Shown piece after piece: positions 39,003-48,550 of a stretch of 64,000 nucleotides of DNA. The stretch comes from Longimicrobiales bacterium (GTDB taxonomy: Bacteria; Gemmatimonadota; Gemmatimonadetes; Longimicrobiales; Gaopeijiaceae): positions 2,720,001-2,784,000 of the forward strand of contig OZ241892.1 in NCBI GenBank assembly GCA_965203485.1, given 5' to 3'. The notes beneath the pieces are model-generated. The model made no database searches. It was not told the DNA's origin and saw only the letters and a list, made by a program, of their open reading frames with translations. Each line of letters opens with the position of its first letter. The first letter of the stretch is position 1. The position numbers and the translations under genes are program-made.

Positions 39003-40163
39003 ATGGACGGCTCCAGCCCTTCAAGGCCGTTGGACGTCTTGCTGATCACGCCCTGCCCGGTCAAGGACGGCAATGTCGAGATATGCTTCGGCGGCATTCA
39101 ACGCCTGACGCAGATCGTGGCTGCCAACGGCTTGCCCGGCGGAATGCGTCTCCACTTCGTCGACACGGCGATCTGGAACGTGGCCCGCTTCAAACAAGCC
39201 TCGGCGTGGACCGGCGAATTTCGCCGCGGAGTCCGGATCATGGCCACGTTGCTTCGGCTCATGCTCACACGGCGGTTCGACTTGGTGTTCATCGAAAGCA
39301 CCGTGAGCCGCCGGGGGCTGGCGGCGTCCTGGATCTACGCCCGCCTGGCTCGAATGCACCGCCTGCCGGTGGTGTCCCGCTACCACGGCGACGTCGCGGC
39401 GTTCGTCCAACAATCGAATCGGCCCGGTCGCCCGTGGCCGCTGCACAGCTTGTTGCGGACATCGAACGCGAGCATCGCCGTGAATCGTCAATCCCTCGAG
39501 TGCATGGAAGTCCTGTTGGGCGGGCGGGAGCGCACGCATCTTCTCCCGAATTGCATAGAGGACTCCGTGCTGAACGGCGACGGCTTGTCGAAGCGCTCGC
39601 CGGGGCGTCCTCGCTTTCTGTACGCGGGCCAAGTCATGGAAGCCAAGGGGTGCCGGGAGCTGTTGAGCGCGGCCGAGGCGGTGCCCGAGGCGGACTTCGT
39701 GCTCTTGGGAATCGTCCACAAGGAGATGGACGACGACCTGCGGCGAGCGCCCGCCAACGTAGAGTGGATCGGCCCGGCCCCGCAGGACGTGGTTTTTCGA
39801 GAGATGCGCAAGAGCGACGTCTTCGTGCTCCCGAGCTGGCAGGAAGGGTTTCCGATGGCCGTGGTGGAAGCCATGGCCACGGGGCTTCCCGTCGTCTGCA
39901 CGCCGGCGGGGGCGATGGGCGACATGGTGGAGGACGGCAAGGGCGGCATCCTGGTGCCGGTCCGCGACATCCCGAAGCTGGTCGAGGCGTTGCGCTCGCT
40001 GGCGCGCGACCCCCGCCGGTGCGCAAGGATGGGCCAGTTCAACCGCGAGAAGGCCCGTGCCGAATACGCCTACTCCGTCTTCGCGCCTCGGCTAGCCGCG
40101 ATCTTCCGCCGTGCCGCACGCGGGACAGGCGGAGCCAAGTCGGCCCAGCCTACCGTGCCCTAG
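39003..40163 (+). CDS. Family 4 glycosyltransferase
   Basis: FLYAGQVMEAKG, DVFVLPSWQEGFPMAVVEAMATGLPVV (EX7E). Confidence 0.9.
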   Translation: MDGSSPSRPLDVLLITPCPVKDGNVEICFGGIQRLTQIVAANGLPGGMRLHFVDTAIWNVARFKQASAWTGEFRRGVRIMATLLRLMLTRRFDLVFIESTVSRRGLAASWIYARLARMHRLPVVSRYHGDVAAFVQQSNRPGRPWPLHSLLRTSNASIAVNRQSLECMEVLLGGRERTHLLPNCIEDSVLNGDGLSKRSPGRPRFLYAGQVMEAKGCRELLSAAEAVPEADFVLLGIVHKEMDDDLRRAPANVEWIGPAPQDVVFREMRKSDVFVLPSWQEGFPMAVVEAMATGLPVVCTPAGAMGDMVEDGKGGILVPVRDIPKLVEALRSLARDPRRCARMGQFNREKARAEYAYSVFAPRLAAIFRRAARGTGGAKSAQPTVP

Positions 40164-40178
40164 CCTGCCCGAAGTTCC

Positions 40179-41486
40179 TCAGGCCGTCCCCTCGGCCTCC
40201 AGCGGTTCCGGGTCCACGGGCGGTTGCCATCCCTGGATAACCGGAAACGTCGCCAGGAACCAACGCACCGAGGCTAGGAACAGACCCAGGAACATCAGTC
40301 CGATCAAGGGCGTCGCCAGCGAGAAGACGGGGTTGCCGGGTTCGTGCAGCGAGGGGAAGACCAGCATGTAGTGCCACAGCCACAGCCCGGAGAGCACGAC
40401 GACGGCGAAGGCTTGGAGCAGGCGGGGACTCTTCTTCGGACGCGCGCCCAGCAGGCCCGCGAACGGCACGACGAAGCACAGCACGACCACGAGAGCGGAG
40501 AGGCCGCCCCACGGATCGCCGGCGCGCGTGTTGATCCATGCCTGCTCCCATGGAAGCTTGCCGTACCAGATGACGATGTACTGCGACCAAAGCAGGTAGG
40601 TCCAGAAGACGGTTAGCGCGAACGTCAGCTTGCCCAGGTCCCACAGCACCGGAACGCCGATGTGCTGGCCGATCGTCTCGTCGCGCCGCTTGAGCCAGAC
40701 GGCGACACAGGCCGTCGCCGCCATGCCGCCCCAGAGCGCGCCCATGAAGTACCAGCCTCCAAAGAGCGTGGAGAACCAGTGCGGCTCCAGCGACATCGCC
40801 CAATCGAACGCGATAATCGTCATCACCGCCGCGTAGACCAGGACGATCACGGGACCCATCCTCGTCATTCGCCGGTAGCTGCGCTTCGCTTCCTCGTCGG
40901 CGCCCAGCCACCCGGCCGACAAGCGCTCGGCCCACCATGACGGCTTGCGCGGCGTGGGCCGGTCGTCGCCGCCGGCCGCCTCGTGCAGGCGTCCGACGTC
41001 CGGACGCAACGCCAAGTAGACGAAGCCCAGCGCCAAGCCGAACAACGCGATGACCCCAACGGCGTTGCGGCTCACCAAGAACGGAATGTTGAGCCAAGCC
41101 TGCTTCTTCTGCACGAGGGGATCGTCGGCCATCATGTCGATCCACGGGAAGTAGTCTTCCCGCAGCAACGCCAGCATCGGCAGGAACAACACGAAAGAGG
41201 CCGGCAAGAAGGCCGCAAACGACTGATGAATACGGCGGACGGGCCAGTTCCACTTCGCCTTCACGATCCAGGTGACCACCGCGACCATCACGCCCCCGAC
41301 GGCGATGGAAGTGAAGTAGCTCCAGTTCACCACGTACGACTGCCACGCCAGCGCCGGGCTGCGCACGAGCGTCACGAAGAAGGCGGCTGCCCCGACGAGA
41401 GTCGCGCCGTGCATGAGCGTGGTCTCGGAGCCCAACCTGGGCAACCGGAAGAGGGGAGCGTTGCGGGGGACCTGTTGGTGCGCCAC
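40179..41486 (-). CDS. actF: Alternative complex III subunit ActF
   Basis: Polytopic membrane protein; KQAWLN, DWAMSLEPHWFSTLFG, DLGKL, WTYLLWSQYIVIWYG. Confidence 0.85.
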   Translation of the reverse strand: MAHQQVPRNAPLFRLPRLGSETTLMHGATLVGAAAFFVTLVRSPALAWQSYVVNWSYFTSIAVGGVMVAVVTWIVKAKWNWPVRRIHQSFAAFLPASFVLFLPMLALLREDYFPWIDMMADDPLVQKKQAWLNIPFLVSRNAVGVIALFGLALGFVYLALRPDVGRLHEAAGGDDRPTPRKPSWWAERLSAGWLGADEEAKRSYRRMTRMGPVIVLVYAAVMTIIAFDWAMSLEPHWFSTLFGGWYFMGALWGGMAATACVAVWLKRRDETIGQHIGVPVLWDLGKLTFALTVFWTYLLWSQYIVIWYGKLPWEQAWINTRAGDPWGGLSALVVVLCFVVPFAGLLGARPKKSPRLLQAFAVVVLSGLWLWHYMLVFPSLHEPGNPVFSLATPLIGLMFLGLFLASVRWFLATFPVIQGWQPPVDPEPLEAEGTA

Positions 41487-41490
41487 GAGT

Positions 41491-42126
41491 CTAGTCTTCG
41501 CTCCCGGCGGCGCCCTGGAGGTTCCGCACGTAGTTGACCACGTGCCAGCGGTCGTAGTGACCTATCTGGTGCCCGTAGGCCGGCATGTTGCCGCGGCCGA
41601 CCCGGATCAGGCCGTACATGTAGCCGTCGGTCAGCGCGACGGCCCTGGGCGCGCGCAACGGATAGGCCGCCATCAGAGGATGCACCTCGTAGATGTATCC
41701 GGTCGTCCCGGCTCCGTCGGGTCCATGGCACACGACGCAGACGCGCTGGTAGACCTCGCGCCCGCGCGCAAGCGATTCCGGCGACGACGGTATCGGATTG
41801 GCCAGGCGGTCCACGATCTCGGGGCGGTTGGTCATGTCCAGCTGCGTGAACGGAGGCGGCACGTCGGCGGCGCCTTCGGGCTGTCCCAAGTTCACGTCGT
41901 ACGGCGATGCGGCGAAGTTGCCTGCCGACATGGGCACGGAGCCCTCGGGCGGCAACAACGTGTTCTCGTAGGGGTCGAACGAGTCTTGGTCCCGCATGCT
42001 GCGCTTGAATATGCCCGCCATCGCGTCGTCCAAGGGCGTGCACGCGCCCGCAAGCGCCGAGACTGCAATCAACCCGGCCGCAACCGCGACGCGCCGACGG
42101 CAGTCGCCGGAGCCGCGACTAGGCAT
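41491..42126 (-). CDS. actE: Alternative complex III monoheme cytochrome c lipoprotein ActE
   Basis: Lipobox ALAGAC, MRDQ..DPYE, PPEGSVP, CVVCHG, GRGNMPAY, DRWHVVNYVR. Confidence 0.85.
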   Translation of the reverse strand: MPSRGSGDCRRRVAVAAGLIAVSALAGACTPLDDAMAGIFKRSMRDQDSFDPYENTLLPPEGSVPMSAGNFAASPYDVNLGQPEGAADVPPPFTQLDMTNRPEIVDRLANPIPSSPESLARGREVYQRVCVVCHGPDGAGTTGYIYEVHPLMAAYPLRAPRAVALTDGYMYGLIRVGRGNMPAYGHQIGHYDRWHVVNYVRNLQGAAGSED

Positions 42127-42646
42127 GGAGTCCCCCATCGTCTTCTCGCAGTTCGTCGGGGTCAAAGGACTCGAGGAGCTTCCGAACTTCGGCCGCGTTG
42201 CGGCGCGGGACAGCCACGTAGATGCCGAAGGAGCCGTTGGAGCACTCCGGGTGGTACGCGACGCGCGGCCGAAAGTTGGGCAGTCCGGCGTTGATGAAGA
42301 GCCCCACCACCGTGGACAACGCGCCGAAGAGGATCGCGCACTCGAAGGCGATGACCACGTACGCGGGAATCGAGTACAGCGGCTTGCCGCCCGTGATCAG
42401 CGGAAGGTCCATCGACGTCCACGTGGTGAAGGCGAAACCCGCCGCCGCCCCCGTGAGCGCGCCCGCCAACGTGAACACGCGCACTGGACTGTGGCGATGC
42501 GCCAGCCCGTCCTCCAGCAAGCTGTGCTCCGGCAACGGCGCGAAGGCGCGGAAGCCCTTGCAGCCCGCTTGGCGCAACGCCTTGCACGCATCCACCGTTG
42601 CGTCCAGGTGCGCAAAGAGAGCGAAGAAGCCGGCGCGTCCGCTCAT
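42119..42646 (-). CDS. actD: Alternative complex III subunit ActD (DUF3341-like)
   Basis: FAPLP, two TM segments, LITGGKP..SIPAYVVIAFECAIL; ATGA overlap with actC. Confidence 0.85.
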   Translation of the reverse strand: MSGRAGFFALFAHLDATVDACKALRQAGCKGFRAFAPLPEHSLLEDGLAHRHSPVRVFTLAGALTGAAAGFAFTTWTSMDLPLITGGKPLYSIPAYVVIAFECAILFGALSTVVGLFINAGLPNFRPRVAYHPECSNGSFGIYVAVPRRNAAEVRKLLESFDPDELREDDGGLHA

Positions 42647-44043
42647 GCCGGCGCCTCCGCGTCGCGCCGACGCACACCGCCCCGGTCCGCGCCTCTCAGC
42701 GGCGGCGGAACGACCTCCTTCATCTCCGCGATCGCCACGGGCGGCAGAAGCCTCGTGAACAACAGGAACCAGAAGCCGAACCAAGCGAAGCTGCCGAGGA
42801 GGATCCCCACCTCGAAAATCGAGGGCCTGTAGATCCCCCACGCCCACGGCTCGTATTCGTGAGACAGCGACGTGACGATGATGACGAAGCGCTCGAACCA
42901 CATGCCGATGTTGATGAAGATCGAAATCACGAAGAGCGCCGCGATGGACCTTCGCACGCGCCTGAACCAGAGCATCAGCGGCACGAGGCCGTTGCAGGTG
43001 AGCATGGTCCAGTTGGCCCACCAGTAGTGGCCGAAGGCGCGGTTCCAAAACGAGCCGCGCTCCGGGGGCTCGGCCGAGTACCAAGCGAGAAAGTACTCCG
43101 TGAGGTACGCGTAGAGGACGATGGAGCCGGTCAGCAGGCAAAGCTTCGCCATGGCTTCGAAGTGCTTGACGGTCAGGTACTTCTCCAGGCCGAAGTACTT
43201 GCGCATTGGGACGGCCAGCGTGATCACCATCGCCACGCCCGAGAAGATGGCGCCCGCCACGAAGTACGGCGCGAAGATCGTCGTGTGCCAACCCGGCACG
43301 ATCGACATGGCGAAGTCCCACGAGACCACGGAGTGGACGGACAGCACGAGCGGCGTCGCCAAGGCAGCCAGGTAGATGTACGCCTTCGAGAAGTGGTGCC
43401 ACTCGCGGTCGGTGCCGCGCCAGCCCAGCGAGATCAGCTTGTAGAACTTCTGTCGCAGGCCACGGGCGTGATCGCGGGCGGCGGCCAAGTCGGGAATCGT
43501 GCCCAGGTAGAAGAAGACCGCCGAGACCGTGAAGTAGGTGGTGACCGCAAAGACGTCCCAGACCAACGGCGAACGGAAGTTCGGCCACAGGAACCTGTCG
43601 TTGGGATAAGGCACGAGCCAGTAGGCGTGCCAGACCCGGCCCACGTGGATCAGCGGAAAGAGGCCGGCGGTCATCACGGCGAAGACCGTCATGGCCTCGG
43701 AAGCCCGGTAGATCGACTGGCGCCACGGCGCCCTGAACAAGAAGAGGATGGCGGAGATGAGCGTGCCCGAGTGCGCGATCCCGACCCAGAAGACGAACGT
43801 CGTGATGTAGACGCCCCATCCCACCGGCGCGTTCAGTCCGGAGACGCCGATCCCCTCGTAGATCTGCCAGAACCAGCAACCAAGAAAGACGCCCACGCCT
43901 CCCACGGCGAGTCCGAACAGAGTCCACCAGCCCTTTCCCGGGCGTGACAGCGTCTTGAGGACGTCGCGATTGACGTCGCTGTAGGAGCCGACGTCCGGGT
44001 TCGGAAGCGCTCCTCGCTGCTGGGCGAGTTCGGCCGTGGTCAT
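42643..44043 (-). CDS. actC: Alternative complex III quinol-binding subunit ActC (NrfD/PsrC family)
   Basis: FVFWVGIAHSGTLISAIL, RASEAMT, HVGR, NFRSPLVWDVFAV, VLSVHSVVSWDFA, GWHTTIF, GMWFERF. Confidence 0.93.
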   Translation of the reverse strand: MTTAELAQQRGALPNPDVGSYSDVNRDVLKTLSRPGKGWWTLFGLAVGGVGVFLGCWFWQIYEGIGVSGLNAPVGWGVYITTFVFWVGIAHSGTLISAILFLFRAPWRQSIYRASEAMTVFAVMTAGLFPLIHVGRVWHAYWLVPYPNDRFLWPNFRSPLVWDVFAVTTYFTVSAVFFYLGTIPDLAAARDHARGLRQKFYKLISLGWRGTDREWHHFSKAYIYLAALATPLVLSVHSVVSWDFAMSIVPGWHTTIFAPYFVAGAIFSGVAMVITLAVPMRKYFGLEKYLTVKHFEAMAKLCLLTGSIVLYAYLTEYFLAWYSAEPPERGSFWNRAFGHYWWANWTMLTCNGLVPLMLWFRRVRRSIAALFVISIFINIGMWFERFVIIVTSLSHEYEPWAWGIYRPSIFEVGILLGSFAWFGFWFLLFTRLLPPVAIAEMKEVVPPPLRGADRGGVRRRDAEAPA

Positions 44044-44046
44044 CGC

Positions 44047-47000
44047 CTAGTGGCCGCCCTCGTCCACGTCGTGGAAGACGGCCTTCTTCAGATAGTGCAC
44101 GGCGGGCTGAGTGTTGATGAGCGCGTCGAGGACGCGGTACGAGCGCTCGTCGGCGGCCCTGGCCGCCACCTCGGAGTCCGCGTCCTTGATGTTCCCGAAC
44201 GCGATCGCGTCGGACCCGCACACGCTCTGGCAGGCGGTGCGCACTTCGCCGTCGCGCACCTCGCGTCCTTCCACCGCGGCCCGGTTGCCCGCCTCGCGGA
44301 TGCGTTGCACGCAAAACGTGCACTTCTCCATTACGCCGTTGTCGCGAACCGTCACGTCCGGATTGAACTGCCAGTTCAGCGGCTCCTTGATGCGCTCGCT
44401 GCTGGTGTACCGGTACCAGTTGAAGACGCGAACCTTGTACGGGCAGTTGTTGGCGCAGTAGCGCGTGCCGACGCAACGGTTGTACGCCTGGGCGTTCAGT
44501 CCGTCCGGCGTGTGATAGGCGGCGAAGACGGGGCACACCGGTTCGCACGGCGCGTTGTTGCAGTGCTGGCAGAGCATGGGCAGGAAGCGCACGTCCAGCG
44601 GGCCGGCGTCCGACGCATCCACGGTCTCGTAGTAGCGCTCCAGGCGAAGCCAGTGCATCTCCCGGCCGTTCATCGCTTCCGTTTCGCCGACCCAGGGGAT
44701 GTTGTTTTCCGCTTGGCACGCCGTCACGCATGCGCTGCATCCCGTGCACTTGTCCAAGTCCACGACCATCGCCCAGCGGGGGTGCGGCTCGCCGTACTCG
44801 CCGAAGTCCGAGCCCGGCAACGGAAAGTCGGCGGCCTTGCCCTCGGTCGGGACGGGCACGAACCCGCCGCCCTGCTGGAGTTCCTGGAGCTGGCCGTGGC
44901 CGCTTTCGTCCGCGTGTTCTCGGTCCTCCTCGCCGGCGTGGCCCAAGGAGGAGAGCGCAACGGCGAGCGCGATGTCGCGGTCGTCTTGATGATGGCTGGC
45001 GTCGCGCGTCCCTTCGGTGGAAGCCAGGCGCGTCCACTCGCCCGTCCGCGTCACCTGGACCCGCACCGCAACAAGCGACTGCGCCCCGGAGCCTTCGTCC
45101 GCCGCGTCGGGCAACAGCGCCAGCGGGTTCACGCCGGCGCTGACGGCGAAACCGGCGGCGAACGCGCCGTACTCGTCGTGGCCGCCGCCCATCGCGATCG
45201 CCACCGCGTCTTCCCGGATGCCCGGATAGATCCACACCGGCAGCTCCACGGCCCCATGCGCCGACGACACGCGGACCACCTCTCCTTCCCGCCGAATGTC
45301 CAGCCGCTCCGCCGTGGCGGGATGCATCTCCAGCCAGGACTGCCACATGAGCTTCGACACGGGGTCGGGCAGCTCGCGCAACCACGGCCGGTTGGCGTGA
45401 GCGCCGTCGCCGAAGCGGGGAGACGGATGGACGAGCAAGTCGAGGTCGCCGGGGCCCTCCAGCTCCGGCGTCTCGAAGCTCACCGCCGTGACGGGGGGCT
45501 GCAGCGCGGACGCCGCGGCCGACGGAGCGGTCGGGCCGGTGGTGGCGGCACCGGTCGCGGGCGCGGCGCCCGCGCGCAACAACGTCCGCCAGCGCTCCTC
45601 GTTGTCCGCGCCCGCGACGCCCAGGTCGTCCAAGCGCGCCTCCGCCGCGCGGCGGACATGGTCGCGAGCGTTCTCGGCGCCCAAGTCGCGGCCCAGCCGG
45701 CGACCTGCGTCGAGGAGCACGTCCGCCATTGCGCGCGACTCGAACAGCGGAACCGGGCGCATGACCGGCTGCCGCACCGCGTAGGCGCCCGGCGCGGGCT
45801 CGTTGTCGCCCCACGATTCCAAGGGGTGCGCGTCGGGCAGCACAAGGTCGGCCAAGGCCGTCGTCTCGTCCGGAGCCGAAGCGAAGGCGATCTTGAACGG
45901 CACTCCCGCAAGCGCCGCCGGGAGCCCCGCCGCCGGAGGGAGCGCGTAGACGGGATTGGCGCCTGCCGTCACGGCCACGTCGTAGGCGCCGGCCGCCATC
46001 TCCTCGACCGCGCGCGCCACGTCCCCGCGGGGAGACGCAACTTCGCCGTCGGGGACGTCCGGCACGTGCAGCGTCTCGCCGACGGCGCCCGCCGCCGCGT
46101 TCAGGACGAGGACCGCCAAGTTGGCGGCGGTCGCGGCGCCGTGGTGTCCCGCGAGGCCGGGGCCCAGCGCCAGAAAGCCACCCTCGGCAAAACGATCGGC
46201 GAGTTCGGCGAGACGCTCCTCGGAAACCCCGGAAGCTTCCGCGGCGCCGGCCAGCGCGCGGCCGGCCGCGAGTTCCGTGTACGGGCCCGCGTCGCGTCCG
46301 TAGCGTCGCACCAGCTCGCCCGCAATCGCCAGCGCGACGGCCGCCTCGGATCCGGCCTTGGCCGGCACCCATTCGTCCGCGTTCTGCCCCGTGAGCGAGA
46401 GACGCGGCCCTACGAAGACGAACCTTCCCTTCTCGCCGTCGTCCAGCCTGCGCATCGCCGCGAAATCGGCCGCGTAGCCGACCGGCGACACCCACGTCTC
46501 CAGGAAGTCCGCTCCGAACGACACCAGCTGGCGCGCGGACGCGATGTCGTAGCGCGGCAACGCCCCGACGCCGAACGCCATTTCCGCCGCGGCCCGGAGC
46601 GCCACGTCGTCCAGCGGATCCAGGATCAGGCGCACCCCCCCCACGGCCTCCACGAAGCGGTCCAGCAACTCCCCTTCCGCCGGCCCCTTTCGCCCCGTGA
46701 GGAAGACGGCCCGGCCCGGCCCGCCCAGGCGCTCGGCGACGATCTCCATCGCGTCGTCCCACGAGACCGGCTCGAGGCCGGCGGCGCCCGCGCGCATCGG
46801 CGTACGGAACCGGTCCGGGTCGTAGAGTCCCTGCAGGGCGGAGATTCCGCGCGAGCAGACGCCACCCCTCGAGACGGGGTGGTCCGGGTTGCCCTCGATC
46901 ATCACGGCGCGTCCTTCCCGGGTCCGCACCCTGATCCCGCACCCGGCCGCGCACTCGCCGCAGACCGAAGCGTACCACGTGGCCACGCCTGGTGTGATCT

Positions 47001-47142
47001 CCTCCGGGCCCGTCACGTAGGGAATCAGCCGCTCGACTTGGTCGGACCCGCACCCGGCCAGCGTCGCGCCAGCGCTTCCCGCTCCGACCGCCTTCAGGAA
47101 TCCGCGCCTCTCGATACCCCTCTTCGCCGACGGCACGCTCAT
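44047..47142 (-). CDS. actB: Alternative complex III subunit ActB (molybdopterin-oxidoreductase fold plus Fe-S domain)
   Basis: Tat signal RRGFLK with lipobox LAGC; IEGNPDHP; ANRPWLRELPDP; CTGCSACVTAC, CQHCNNAPCEPVCP, CVGTRYCANNCP, MEKCTFC. Confidence 0.92.
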   Translation of the reverse strand: MSVPSAKRGIERRGFLKAVGAGSAGATLAGCGSDQVERLIPYVTGPEEITPGVATWYASVCGECAAGCGIRVRTREGRAVMIEGNPDHPVSRGGVCSRGISALQGLYDPDRFRTPMRAGAAGLEPVSWDDAMEIVAERLGGPGRAVFLTGRKGPAEGELLDRFVEAVGGVRLILDPLDDVALRAAAEMAFGVGALPRYDIASARQLVSFGADFLETWVSPVGYAADFAAMRRLDDGEKGRFVFVGPRLSLTGQNADEWVPAKAGSEAAVALAIAGELVRRYGRDAGPYTELAAGRALAGAAEASGVSEERLAELADRFAEGGFLALGPGLAGHHGAATAANLAVLVLNAAAGAVGETLHVPDVPDGEVASPRGDVARAVEEMAAGAYDVAVTAGANPVYALPPAAGLPAALAGVPFKIAFASAPDETTALADLVLPDAHPLESWGDNEPAPGAYAVRQPVMRPVPLFESRAMADVLLDAGRRLGRDLGAENARDHVRRAAEARLDDLGVAGADNEERWRTLLRAGAAPATGAATTGPTAPSAAASALQPPVTAVSFETPELEGPGDLDLLVHPSPRFGDGAHANRPWLRELPDPVSKLMWQSWLEMHPATAERLDIRREGEVVRVSSAHGAVELPVWIYPGIREDAVAIAMGGGHDEYGAFAAGFAVSAGVNPLALLPDAADEGSGAQSLVAVRVQVTRTGEWTRLASTEGTRDASHHQDDRDIALAVALSSLGHAGEEDREHADESGHGQLQELQQGGGFVPVPTEGKAADFPLPGSDFGEYGEPHPRWAMVVDLDKCTGCSACVTACQAENNIPWVGETEAMNGREMHWLRLERYYETVDASDAGPLDVRFLPMLCQHCNNAPCEPVCPVFAAYHTPDGLNAQAYNRCVGTRYCANNCPYKVRVFNWYRYTSSERIKEPLNWQFNPDVTVRDNGVMEKCTFCVQRIREAGNRAAVEGREVRDGEVRTACQSVCGSDAIAFGNIKDADSEVAARAADERSYRVLDALINTQPAVHYLKKAVFHDVDEGGH

Positions 47143-47251
47143 CGGCAGTCCCTGGGCGATTCGGATTCGTCCGGCCGCAACGGCGCAGATCGGACCGGCG
47201 CCCCGGTTTCCGTTCCGCGTCGCCGCGCAACCGCGTCGCGCCGGCCCGCCA

Positions 47252-47803
47252 TCAGTAGTGGCACACCGTGCAGTCGCGGGAAGCGTCCCGCTCCAAGTGG
47301 CAGGACACGCACCAACCCATCTTCAGCCCGCCCGCCTCGGGCGCCATTTCCTCGAGCACGCCCATCTCCTGGACCTGTCCGTGGCACGTCTGGCACGAAA
47401 CGCCGGCGGCCACGTGGCGCACGTGGGGGAACTTGACGTGGTCGGCCACCTTGTAGATGCGCGCCCACGGGATCGGCGTGCCGGCGGCGTAGTGCTCTCG
47501 CACTTTCGCGACTTCCTCCGGGTTGGTGCGGCCGGCCACGAGGCCCTCGCGGTGGCACCCGATGCAGGTCTCCACCGGGGGGATCCCCGCGTCCACGGAC
47601 CGCTCCGCCGAGAAGTGACAGTACTGGCAGTCGATGCGGAACTGGCCCGCATGGAGGTCGTGCGGGAATTGGATGGGCTGGAACGAGGCGTCCGGGGCGG
47701 CGGCGGTTGCCGGCGCCTGCGGAGCTTGGCGCGCCCCCAGGAAGACTGCGGTCGCCAGGACGGCCGCGAAGCCCGCCCCGGCTGCCAGCGACTTTCGGTT
47801 CAC
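47252..47803 (-). CDS. actA: Alternative complex III pentaheme cytochrome c ActA
   Basis: N-terminal TM; QPIQFPHDLHAG; five CxxCH motifs (CQYCH, CIGCH, CQTCH, CVSCH, CTVCH). Start approximate. Confidence 0.9.
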   Translation of the reverse strand: MNRKSLAAGAGFAAVLATAVFLGARQAPQAPATAAAPDASFQPIQFPHDLHAGQFRIDCQYCHFSAERSVDAGIPPVETCIGCHREGLVAGRTNPEEVAKVREHYAAGTPIPWARIYKVADHVKFPHVRHVAAGVSCQTCHGQVQEMGVLEEMAPEAGGLKMGWCVSCHLERDASRDCTVCHY

Positions 47804-48027
47804 GGAGCGGTGGGCAACAGTGGAGCGTCGCCGGTCGAGGGTCGGGGGATCGGCAGGACGGGCCCGCGCGGCCGGTCCGGAACGTGTGCAACGGCCAAGG
47901 AACGTAGAAGGTGGAAGTAGGCTCGGCAAGCCCTGGCGGCCCAAGGCCCGCTCGAACTGCTTGCGGCGCCCGGGGCAACGGGGCCGCGCGCAGTGCGAAC
48001 CCCAAGGCCCCAAACTAGATTGGCGGG

Positions 48028-48522
48028 ATGACCGACCCGCAACCCTCGGCTTCGTCCGCGCGCCAGGCGGATTCCTCCGGCCCGGCCGGCGAAGAGTCCC
48101 GAACCGGCGCTCCAGCGCGCAAGGCGGGGCTTGCCCGCGAGCAGGCCGACGGACTCCGCGGCCACGAACCGGCCGAGGAAGATCCCGCCCGTCGACCGCC
48201 CGCGGCGGGAGCCGGCGGCGAACCGGCCGCGGAAGGACCCGCCGACGGGCCGTTAGCGGAAGAAGCCGCCGACGGACTTCACCTGACGACGCTGACCCAC
48301 GAAGGGCGCTTCTGGGACGTCTTCGTCGAGTTCGTGGACGCGCCCGGACAGATCAATTCGCACCGGGCCCGGCTGTGCTTCGTCCCCGGCGACCGCGCGG
48401 ACCGCCGACGACCAGCGCGGACGGCGGTCATCATCATCGAGCCGAGCGCGGACGCGGCCCTGGACCACGCCCGGTCTCTGACGCAGCACGAGATCGTCGC
48501 GATGCTGCGCTCGGCGACCTGA
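48028..48522 (+). CDS. Hypothetical protein
   Basis: Low-complexity N-terminus, then a globular-looking domain (LHLTTLTHEGRFWDVFVEF..ARTAVIIIE); fills the gap before the amidotransferase. Confidence 0.65.
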   Translation: MTDPQPSASSARQADSSGPAGEESRTGAPARKAGLAREQADGLRGHEPAEEDPARRPPAAGAGGEPAAEGPADGPLAEEAADGLHLTTLTHEGRFWDVFVEFVDAPGQINSHRARLCFVPGDRADRRRPARTAVIIIEPSADAALDHARSLTQHEIVAMLRSAT

Positions 48523-48550
48523 CCGGCGCGCGGACTGCCGGTTCGGGCCG

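Noticed and set aside
42119..47436. Very long alternative ORFs (1703 aa minus, 1128 aa plus) over the ACIII operon
   Set aside because: Arg/Gly/Pro-rich shadow frames caused by high GC3; only the last 175 aa of the minus ORF (ActD) is real.
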